Position numbers and translations under genes: made by a program. Of a stretch of DNA of 64,000 nt, positions 36,540 through 43,779 are shown one piece after another (positions within the stretch are counted from its first letter, which is position 1; each line of letters starts with the position of its first letter). The notes beneath the pieces are model-generated. The model searched no databases, was not told the origin of the DNA, and saw only the letters and a program-made list of their open reading frames with translations. Source of the stretch: Candidatus Methylomirabilia bacterium. GTDB taxonomy: Bacteria > Methylomirabilota > Methylomirabilia > Rokubacteriales > CSP1-6. Location of the stretch: NCBI GenBank assembly GCA_041499965.1, contig JBGQLG010000007.1, positions 1,647-65,646 on the forward strand, read 5' to 3'.

Positions 36540-36883
36540 GCCCAACCCAGCGGAGCCGGAGCAAGCCCGTGCTGTCGCGCGAGGCCCTCGAGCTGCTCGC
36601 CACTCGCTTCCGCGCTCTCGCGGACGCGACGCGGCTGTCGCTCTTGCAGGCGCTGTTCGAAGAGGAGCGGACCGTCCAGGATCTGTGCGCCCTCACCGGG
36701 GCATCGCCGGCGAACGCCAGCAAACACCTGGCCCTGCTGTTCGAGCAGGGCCTCGTGGCGCGCCGCCGCGAGGGCCTGTTCACCTACTACAGGATCGCCG
36801 ACGCGACGCTCGAGCGGCTGTGCCGGCTCGTGTGCGGCTCGCTCGCGGAGCGCCACGAGTCGCTGCGAGCCCATCTGGTTTGA
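36536..36883 (+). CDS. ArsR/SmtB-family repressor, BigR/SqrR-like persulfide sensor
   Basis: GTG at 36536 overlaps the upstream stop (GTGA). The wHTH region reads [41 protein letters not shown]. Cys residues occur in helix 2 (DLC) and the C-terminal helix (RLCRLVCG), as in BigR/SqrR. Confidence 0.8.
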   Translation: MSPTQRSRSKPVLSREALELLATRFRALADATRLSLLQALFEEERTVQDLCALTGASPANASKHLALLFEQGLVARRREGLFTYYRIADATLERLCRLVCGSLAERHESLRAHLV

Positions 36884-36955
36884 CGTCGGCCCCGAGGCCC
36901 GGGACGCGTCGGGAATCCCCGACCTGCAGGCGGCCGTCTCAAGAGCGCGGAGGAG

Positions 36956-37294
36956 ATGACGATGACGTCCGAGACAGCGACGATCGCGTTGACCGAGGTC
37001 GGATTCGACGAGGCGGTGGTGGCCCACCCGCAACTCGTCGTCGATTTTTGGGCTCCGTGGTGCGGGCCGTGCCGTGCCCTGGGTCCGGTGCTCGACGAGG
37101 TGGCGCGCGAGGAGGCCGGCCGGGTGGTGGTCGGCAAGGTCAACGTGGACGAGCAGCCGGGGCTGGCGGCGCGTTTTGGTGTCCGGTCCATCCCGACGCT
37201 GGTCTTCTTCAAGGACGGCCGGATCGTCGATACGGTGGTCGGCGCGGTCCCCAAGGCGGAGATCGCCAAGCGGATCGAGGCATTGCGGGACTGA
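36956..37294 (+). CDS. trxA: thioredoxin
   Basis: WCGPC active site in [13 protein letters not shown]...[22 protein letters not shown]. The ATG at 36962 has better spacing to GGAGGAG and may be the real start. Confidence 0.9.
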   Translation: MTMTSETATIALTEVGFDEAVVAHPQLVVDFWAPWCGPCRALGPVLDEVAREEAGRVVVGKVNVDEQPGLAARFGVRSIPTLVFFKDGRIVDTVVGAVPKAEIAKRIEALRD

Positions 37295-37300
37295 GCGTCC

Positions 37301-38230
37301 TCAGCCGCGGACGTCGAGCAGGTCGCGCAGGCCGTCGCCGACCAAGTTGATCGCCAGCACCGTCAGCGCCAGGAACATCCCCGGGAACAGGATGATCCAG
37401 AACGCCAGCTGCACGTAGGTCTTGCCCTCGGCCATGATGTTGCCCCACGACGGGATGTGGGGCGGCGTCCCCGCCCCCAGGAACGACAGGTAGGCCTCGA
37501 ACAGGATGGCCGACGCCCCCATGTAGGTGGCCTGTACGACCAGGGGCGCCACCAGCGCCGGCAGGATGTAGCGCACCAGGATCCGCGGCGTGCCGACGCC
37601 CAGCGCCCGCGCCGCCTCCACCATGGTGTGCTCGCGCAGCGAGAGCACGGAGGCGCGCACCACCCGGATCACCCGGGGGATCTCGGGGATCACCAGCGCG
37701 ATGACCACGTTGCGCACGCTGCCCCGCATCATCGCCATCAGCGCCAGCGCCAGGAGGATGGCTGGGATTGCCATGAGGCCGTCCATCACGCGCATCATCA
37801 CCGTGTCGAGCCGCCGGTAGAAGCCGATCACCAGTCCCAGCGCGGTGCCCAGGGCCAGGCTCACCACCGAGACGCAGGCGCCGACCACGAGCGACACGCG
37901 GGCGCCGTACAGCGTGCGCGTGTACACGTCGCGGCCGAAGTGGTCGGAACCGAACCAGTGCGCCGCCGACGGCGGCTGCAGCCGCTGGATCGGCCGCATC
38001 TGCTGAGGATCACCCGTCCACCACAGCGGCGCGAGCACGCCGCTGGCGAAGATCAGCAGCAGCACGACGAGGCCGGCGACGAACGTCGGCTGGCGCGCCA
38101 GGAACCGGCGGGCGCGCGACGCGTCAGCCCCCGGCGATCGACCTGAGCGATCGCCAACCGTTGGCGCGTCAGCGAGGAGCGCCCCGGCTTCGCCGGGGCG
38201 GAACGAAGGTTGGGGGGTGCTGGGGGCCAT
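37301..38230 (-). CDS. ABC peptide-type transporter permease (DppC-like)
   Basis: Track ORF 37301..38491. It contains [17 protein letters not shown] and [11 protein letters not shown]. The only canonical in-frame start upstream of the first TM is ATG 38230, which lies inside repeat copy A1. Confidence 0.75.
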   Translation of the reverse strand: MAPSTPQPSFRPGEAGALLADAPTVGDRSGRSPGADASRARRFLARQPTFVAGLVVLLLIFASGVLAPLWWTGDPQQMRPIQRLQPPSAAHWFGSDHFGRDVYTRTLYGARVSLVVGACVSVVSLALGTALGLVIGFYRRLDTVMMRVMDGLMAIPAILLALALMAMMRGSVRNVVIALVIPEIPRVIRVVRASVLSLREHTMVEAARALGVGTPRILVRYILPALVAPLVVQATYMGASAILFEAYLSFLGAGTPPHIPSWGNIMAEGKTYVQLAFWIILFPGMFLALTVLAINLVGDGLRDLLDVRG

Positions 38231-38329
38231 GTCGGGGCCCCTGCCCGAGCCCGTCATCGAGGAGCGCCCCGGCTCCGCCGGGGCGTGACGAGCACATGGG
38301 GGGTGTGGGGGGCCATGTCGGGGCCCCCC
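38174..38329. repeat. two tandem copies (A1 38174-38241, A2 38259-38329) of a structured about 70-nt intergenic repeat
   Basis: The unit is GAGGAGCGCCCCGGC-TYC-GCCGGGGCG, then a G-rich spacer, then GGGGGCC-ATGTCGG-GGCCCC. The same unit recurs at 43634-43773. Confidence 0.65.
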
Positions 38330-38330
38330 A

Positions 38331-39272
38331 CTAGTACCGAATCCTGGGGTCGAGGACCACGTAGAGGACGTCGACGACCAGGTTGATGAGCACGTAGACG
38401 CCGGAGACGACGAGCAGCACGCCCTGGATGACCGGATAGTCGCGCCGCACGATGGCGTCGACCGTGAGGCGGCCCAGCCCCGGCAGCGCAAAGACGCTCT
38501 CGGTCACGACGGCGCCGCCGATGAGCAGGGCGAAGCCCAGCCCGATGATCGTCACCACCGGGAGCGAGGCGTTCTTGAGCGCGTGGCGCACGAGCACGTG
38601 GCGCGGCGCCAGCCCCTTGGCGAAGGCCGTGCGAATGTAGTCCTCGTCGAGCACGCCGAGCATGCTGGCCCGGGTCATCCGCGCGATCAGCGCCATGTAG
38701 ACGACCGACAGCGTCAGGGCGGGCAGGATCAGATGGCTCAGGAACGGCCCCAGCCCGGCGGCGAGCGGAGAGTAGCCCTGCACCGGCAGCCAGCCGGCGG
38801 TGATGGCGAAGACGTAGACGAGAATGAAGCCGAGCCAGAAGGTGGGCATCGAGAAGCCGGAGACGGCGAACACCATCACCGCGCGGTCGAGCCAGGAGCC
38901 CTGGCGCCACGCCGCCACGACCCCGATCGGCACGCCGGCGCCCACGCTGATCAGCATGGCGAAGAGCGTGAGCCAGATGGTGGTGGCGGCCCGCTGGCCG
39001 ATGAGCGTGGACACCGGCAGCCCGGAGAAGATCGAGGTGCCGAGGTCGCCGTGCACGATGCGCCCGAGCCAGATGGCCACCTGGGTGTGGAAGGGCTGGT
39101 CGAGGCCCAGGCGCGCGCGGATGCGCGCGATGTCCTCGGTGGTCGCGTAGTCGCCGGCGATGATGACGGCCGGATCGCCGGGGGTGACGTGCAAGAGCGC
39201 GAAGACCGCGATCGCCACCACGCCCATGACGGGGACGGTGGCCACCAGGCGCCGAAGGACCTCTGCGAACAC
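38331..39272 (-). CDS. ABC peptide-type transporter permease (DppB-like)
   Basis: 313 aa, with EVLRRLVATVPVMGVVAIAVF and DYIRTAFAKGL. Confidence 0.85.
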   Translation of the reverse strand: MFAEVLRRLVATVPVMGVVAIAVFALLHVTPGDPAVIIAGDYATTEDIARIRARLGLDQPFHTQVAIWLGRIVHGDLGTSIFSGLPVSTLIGQRAATTIWLTLFAMLISVGAGVPIGVVAAWRQGSWLDRAVMVFAVSGFSMPTFWLGFILVYVFAITAGWLPVQGYSPLAAGLGPFLSHLILPALTLSVVYMALIARMTRASMLGVLDEDYIRTAFAKGLAPRHVLVRHALKNASLPVVTIIGLGFALLIGGAVVTESVFALPGLGRLTVDAIVRRDYPVIQGVLLVVSGVYVLINLVVDVLYVVLDPRIRY

Positions 39273-39499
39273 TCAGCTCCTCCCTGCGACCGCTCCGAGG
39301 TCCTCCACGGCGAGGCCGAGGGGGGATAGTAGCACGCGCTCGGGGTGGCGGCCGCCCCGGGGCAGGAGTACACTCCGGTTGTCTGGTCGATCGGCCCATC
39401 GGGGCTCAATCAGCTATCAGACCGCGTCACCGGTAGGGTCTTCCGCGTGCTGGGACGTTGCTTAGGGAAGCGGAAGGTCTGCTGCAAGGAGACGTGTTC

Positions 39500-39826
39500 A
39501 TGGCTCAGAAACTCTTCGTCGGTGGTTTGCCGTTCGCCACGTCCAACGAACAACTCCGCAACCTGTTCGCCGAGTGCGGCGAGGTGGCCTCGGCCACCGT
39601 GGTGACGGATCGCGATACCGGCCGCTCGCGAGGCTTCGGCTTCGTCGAGATGGCGACGCCGGAGGCGGCCGACGAGGCCATCAATCGGTTCAACGGACGC
39701 GACTACGAGGGTCGGCGGCTGCAGGTGGAGAAGGCCAAGTCGCCGTCCGCCGGTGGCGGCGGCGGCGGGCGCCCGGCCCGCGCGGCTGGCGGTGGCGGTC
39801 GCGGCGGCGGCGGCGGGCGCTGGTAG
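39500..39826 (+). CDS. RNA-binding protein (RRM/RNP-1) with Gly/Arg-rich tail
   Basis: ATG at 39500 after AAGGAGA. RNP-2 is LFVGGL and RNP-1 is RGFGFVEM. The tail reads GGGGGGRPARAAGGGGRGGGGGRW. Confidence 0.85.
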   Translation: MAQKLFVGGLPFATSNEQLRNLFAECGEVASATVVTDRDTGRSRGFGFVEMATPEAADEAINRFNGRDYEGRRLQVEKAKSPSAGGGGGGRPARAAGGGGRGGGGGRW

Positions 39827-39842
39827 TCCACCGCGCCTGATC

Positions 39843-39874
39843 GCGGCGGCGCGGCCTTCAGGCCGCGCCGCCGC
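39843..39874. terminator. GC-rich hairpin between convergent genes (possible bidirectional terminator)
   Basis: GCGGCGGCGCGGCC-TTCA-GGCCGCGCCGCCGC forms a perfect 14-bp stem. There is no U-tract. Confidence 0.45.
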
Positions 39875-39881
39875 ACGTTCG

Positions 39882-40076
39882 CTACTGAGCCTGGAAGCCC
39901 ACCTTGTTGTGCGTGCCGTCGCAGAACGGCTTCTGCGCCGAGGCGCCGCAGCGGCAGAGTGCGATCTTCGGGCGTCCCGTCGTGTCGACCTTGTTGCCCT
40001 GCGGATCCAGGACCTCGACGTCGTCACCTTCGACCAGGTACGGACCGTTGGGCCTGATGCTGATCTTGACGGCCAT
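39882..40076 (-). CDS. CDGSH iron-sulfur domain-containing protein
   Basis: ATG at 40076 after GAGGAGG. MAVKISIRPNGPYLVEG...ALCRCGASAQKPFCDGTH carries the C-x-C-x2-(S/A)-x8-C-D-G-(S/T)-H signature. Confidence 0.8.
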   Translation of the reverse strand: MAVKISIRPNGPYLVEGDDVEVLDPQGNKVDTTGRPKIALCRCGASAQKPFCDGTHNKVGFQAQ

Positions 40077-40140
40077 CCACGTGCCTCCTCGGAGGGATTG
40101 GAAACCGCCCCACCATAGCACGGCGTTACACTGAGGCCCG

Positions 40141-41640
40141 ATGCGCGAGCCGGGTCGGATCCTCCTCGTCGCTTGCTACGAGCTGGGGCACCAGCCGCTC
40201 GCCGTCGCCTGGCCAGCCGCGTTCCTCGAGCGTGCCGGCTACGCTCCCGCCGTGCTCGACCTCTCGGTCGAGCCGTTTGACGCCGAGAAGATCACGCGCG
40301 CCACCTTCGTCGCCATCTCCGTCCCCATGCACACCGCCCTGCGCCTCGGCGTCATCGCCGCCCAGCGCATCCGCCAGCTCAACCCGATCGCCCACATCTG
40401 CGCCTACGGCCTCTACGCCGCCCTGAATGCGAGCGAGTTGCTCGCCGATGCTTGCGTCGACAGCGTGCTGGCCGGAGAGCTGGAAGATGAGCTGGTCGAG
40501 CTCGTCCGCACAGTGGAGGCCGGGGCGGCGGGCGAGGCGGGGGAGGCTCGCAGAGCGAATGCTGTACTGAGCGAACGAGCCTCGCCCGCCGCCCCGGCCG
40601 TCACTTCGCGCACCGTGCTGGGCAAGCTGAACTTCCCCGTGCCGTCACGCCACGCGCTCCCTGCGCTCAAGCAGTACGCGCACGTCGAGCGCGACGGCCG
40701 GCGCGATCTCGTCGCCTACGCCGAGGCCAGCCGGGGCTGCAAGCACCTGTGCCGTCACTGTCCGATCCCGCCCGTCTACGGCGGCCGCTTCTTCGTCGTG
40801 CCCGTGGAGACCGTGCTGGCCGACGTGCGGCAACAGATTCAGGCCGGCGCGGCCCACGTGACGTTCGGCGATCCAGACTTCCTCAACGGTCCGCGCCACG
40901 CGCTGGCGGTGGCCCGCGCGCTGCACGCCGAGTTCCCGCGGGTGACGTTCGACTTCACCGCGAAGATCGACCATCTGCTGGCCCAGCGCGCACACCTGGC
41001 CGAGCTGGCCGGGCTGGGCGGTGTGTTCGTGGTCTCCGCGGCGGAGTCGCTCGACGACGGCGTGCTCGCGCACCTGGCCAAGGGCCACACGCGCGCGGAC
41101 ATCGTCGAGGCGCTGCGCGTGACCCGCGCGGCCGGTATCGCGCTGCGGCCCACCTGGGTGGCGTTCACGCCGTGGACGACGCTTGGGAGCTACCGGGAGT
41201 GGCTCGATTTCCTGGCCGCCGAGGGGCTGGTGGACCACGTCGACCCCGTGCAGTACGGCATCCGGCTGCTGGTGCCGCCCGGCTCGCTGCTGCTCGACCT
41301 GCCCGCGATGACGCCGCACCTCGGCGGGCTGGTGCCCGGCGGCTTCCACCACCGCTGGACGCACCCCGACCCGCGCGTCGATCGCCTGGCCGAGGAGGTC
41401 GCCGCCGCGGTGGCGGCCGCCGCCGAGCGCGACGAGGACGCCGGCCTGACGTTCGACCGCGTGCGCGGCCTCGCCGCGGCCGCCGCCGGGTCTGTGGCAC
41501 CGCCCTCCGTGGCCCTGGCCAAGGGCCGCCCGCGGCCGCCCCGGCTCACCGAGCCGTGGTTCTGCTGAGCGGAGCCGACCCAGGGCCAGTTGGCCCTGTC
41601 CTTGGCCGGCGATGAATCTATGAGTACACTACCGGTCTGA
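40141..41640 (+). CDS. B12-binding-like/radical SAM protein with CUAEP tail; putative selenoprotein (UGA 41566-41568 read as Sec)
   Basis: 475-aa track ORF with a CxxxCxxC motif (CKHLCRHCP). In-frame read-through of TGA gives ...EPWFC-U-AEP-TQGQLALSLAGDESMSTLPV, ending at TGA 41638-41640. A SECIS-like hairpin lies directly downstream of the UGA. If the TGA is a true stop, the CDS ends at 41568. Confidence 0.65.
41574..41610 (+). promoter_or_regulatory. candidate bacterial SECIS element
   Basis: The lower stem pairs GCCG (41574-41577) with CGGC (41607-41610). The upper 7-bp stem pairs CAGGGCC (41581-41587) with GGCCCTG (41592-41598). The apical loop is AGUU. The loop G-U lies 24-25 nt from the U of UGA. 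Confidence 0.5.
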
Positions 41641-41651
41641 GAGGTGACGCC

Positions 41652-41933
41652 ATGAGCGACGATCTCAAGACGAAGGTACAGGACCTGATCGACACGATGA
41701 TCAACCCGGCCGTCGCCGGTCACGGTGGCTTCGTCGAGCTGATCGACGTGCAGGACAACCGGGTCTACCTGCAGATGGGCGGAGGCTGCCAGGGCTGCGG
41801 CGCCGCCGACGTCACGCTGAAGTCGGGGATCGAGCGCCTCATCAAGGAAGAGCTCCCCGAGGTGGCCGAGGTGCTGGACACCACCGACCACTCCTCCGGC
41901 ACCAACCCCTACTACAGCGCCGGCAAGGCGTAG
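41652..41933 (+). CDS. NifU-like (Nfu C-terminal domain) Fe-S cluster carrier protein
   Basis: 93 aa after GAGAGGTGA. HGGFVELIDV...LQMGGGCQGCGAADVTLK carries the CxxC Nfu motif. Confidence 0.85.
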   Translation: MSDDLKTKVQDLIDTMINPAVAGHGGFVELIDVQDNRVYLQMGGGCQGCGAADVTLKSGIERLIKEELPEVAEVLDTTDHSSGTNPYYSAGKA

Positions 41934-41961
41934 CCCTCCGCCGTCGTCGGCAGGTCCACCC

Positions 41962-43191
41962 ATGGACCGGCTGCTCCTCCTCCTGCCGACGACGACGTAC
42001 CGGACCGAGGACTTCCTCGCCGCCGCGCGCACGCTCGGCGTCGACATCGTCTGCGCCTCCGAGAAGCCCAGCACGTTCGAGGCCCACGCGCCCGATCATC
42101 TCCTGACGCTCGACTTCACCGATCCCGACGCGGCCGCGGCCAAGGTGGCCGAGCTGGCCGGCCGGCGCCCCCTGAACGCGGTGGTCGGCGTCGACGACCT
42201 GACCACCGTCGCGGCCGCCGCCATCGCCGAGCGCCTCGGCCTGCGCAGCAGCGCCCTGGCCGCGGTGACGGCCGCGCGTGACAAGTACCAGATGCGCCAG
42301 TGCCTGGCCGCCGCCGGCGTGCCGATCCCGCGCTTCCGTCGCATCGCGCTGAAGGACGATCCGTTCCTGGCCGCGCGCGGCGTCGCCTTCCCCTGCGTGC
42401 TCAAGCCGCTGGCGCTCTCGGCCAGCCGCGGCGTGATCCGCGCCAACAACGTCGATCAGTTCATCGCCGCCTTCCGCCGCATCGCCGCGCTCCTGCAGCG
42501 CGACGACGTGGAGGTGAGCGGCGACGCCGCCCAGTTCCTGCTCGCCGAGCAATACCTGCCCGGCGTCGAGGTAGCGCTCGAGGGCCTGCTGGTCGGCAAC
42601 ACGCTGCACACGCTGGCGCTGTTCGACAAGCCCGATCCGCTCGAGGGGCCCTTCTTCGAGGAGACGATCTACATCACACCCTGCCGCCTGCCCGCCGACG
42701 TGCAGCAGGCGATCGAGCGGGTGACGGCCACGGCCTGCGCCGGGCTCGGCCTCGGCGAGGGGCCCGTGCACGCCGAGCTGCGCGTGAACGACGCGGGCCC
42801 GTGGGTGCTGGAAGTCGCCGCGCGCTCGATCGGCGGGCTCTGCTCGCGCACGCTGCGCTTCGGCACCGGGATGACGCTCGAGGAGATCATCCTCCGGCAC
42901 GCGCTGGGCTGGCCGATCGCCTCGCTGGCGCGCGAGCGCCGGCCGGCCGGGGTGATGATGATCCCGATCCCGCGGGCCGGACGGTTGCAGGCGGTGCACG
43001 GCACCGAGGCGGCCGCCGCCGTGACCGGCATCGAGGAAGTCGCGATCACCGCCCACGTCGGCCAGGAGCTCGTCCCGCTTCCCGAGGGTTGGCAGTATCT
43101 CGGCTTCGTCTTCGCCCGCGCCGACACGCCCGACGCTGTCGAGGCGGCCCTGCGCGACGCCCACGCCCGCCTCACCTTCGAGATCCGGTAG
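41962..43191 (+). CDS. ATP-grasp domain protein (L-amino-acid/carboxylate-amine ligase-like)
   Basis: 409 aa. DKYQMRQCLAAAGVPIPRF, FPCVLKPLALSASRGV, LAEQYLPGVEVALEGL and GPVHAELRV are ATP-grasp_4-type motifs. Confidence 0.8.
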   Translation: MDRLLLLLPTTTYRTEDFLAAARTLGVDIVCASEKPSTFEAHAPDHLLTLDFTDPDAAAAKVAELAGRRPLNAVVGVDDLTTVAAAAIAERLGLRSSALAAVTAARDKYQMRQCLAAAGVPIPRFRRIALKDDPFLAARGVAFPCVLKPLALSASRGVIRANNVDQFIAAFRRIAALLQRDDVEVSGDAAQFLLAEQYLPGVEVALEGLLVGNTLHTLALFDKPDPLEGPFFEETIYITPCRLPADVQQAIERVTATACAGLGLGEGPVHAELRVNDAGPWVLEVAARSIGGLCSRTLRFGTGMTLEEIILRHALGWPIASLARERRPAGVMMIPIPRAGRLQAVHGTEAAAAVTGIEEVAITAHVGQELVPLPEGWQYLGFVFARADTPDAVEAALRDAHARLTFEIR

Positions 43192-43300
43192 CCCACCCAC
43201 GACCCGTTCCGGCCCAGAGTCGAGGGCCTGGATATTGCTCCCATGAGATGGAACCCCGGGCAGCCGCCCGAGGGTAACTCCGACAACGGGAGGACGTGAC

Positions 43301-43621
43301 ATGCAGAAGCTGATGTTCGCGCTGTTGGTCGGGATCATTGCGCTGACACCGGCGATCGTCGCGGCCCAGACGGGCAGCGGCGGCGCGGGAGCACCGAGTG
43401 GCTCCAGCTCGAGCCCGTCGGGGACGTCGGGCAGCCCCGGCACCAGCGCTCCGTCGAGCGGTGGCGCCACCACGGCGCCGGGCGCGGGCGGGTCGACCTC
43501 GCCGTCGGCGAGCCCGTCGGGGAGCAGCACCAAGGACTTCACGACGTTTCACACCAAGGCCGACTGCGAGAAGGCGGGCGGCATGTGGCAGACCGCTTCC
43601 AGCAGCTGCCTGGGCAAGTAG
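43301..43621 (+). CDS. small secreted Ser/Gly/Pro-rich protein with C-terminal two-Cys module
   Basis: 106 aa. A signal peptide (MQKLMFALLVGIIALTPAIVAAQ) is followed by about 55 aa of low complexity, then FHTKADCEKAGGMWQTASSSCLGK. Confidence 0.55.
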   Translation: MQKLMFALLVGIIALTPAIVAAQTGSGGAGAPSGSSSSPSGTSGSPGTSAPSSGGATTAPGAGGSTSPSASPSGSSTKDFTTFHTKADCEKAGGMWQTASSSCLGK

Positions 43622-43633
43622 GCAACTGATGTC

Positions 43634-43773
43634 GAGGGGCGCCACGGCTCGGCCGTGGCGCCCCGAGCGGGGGGCCATGCCGGGGCCACACCAGCGTCGC
43701 AGAGGAGCGCCGCGGCGTGGCCGCGGCGTGACGAACGTCGGGGGGGGGGTGGGGGGCCATGTCGGGGCCCCCC
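43634..43773. repeat. two tandem copies (B0 43634-43688 degenerate, B 43702-43773) of the structured repeat also found at 38174-38329
   Basis: Copy B reads GAGGAGCGCCGCGGC-GTG-GCCGCGGCGTGACGAACGTCGGGGGGGGGTGGGGGGCCATGTCGGGGCCCCCC. It fills the gap between convergent genes. Confidence 0.65.
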
Positions 43774-43779
43774 ATGTTG

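Noticed and set aside
39745-39826. GGC/GGT-rich tandem repeats
   Set aside because: They encode the Gly/Arg-rich C-terminal tail of the RRM protein and are in frame. They are not a microsatellite locus or CRISPR-like array.
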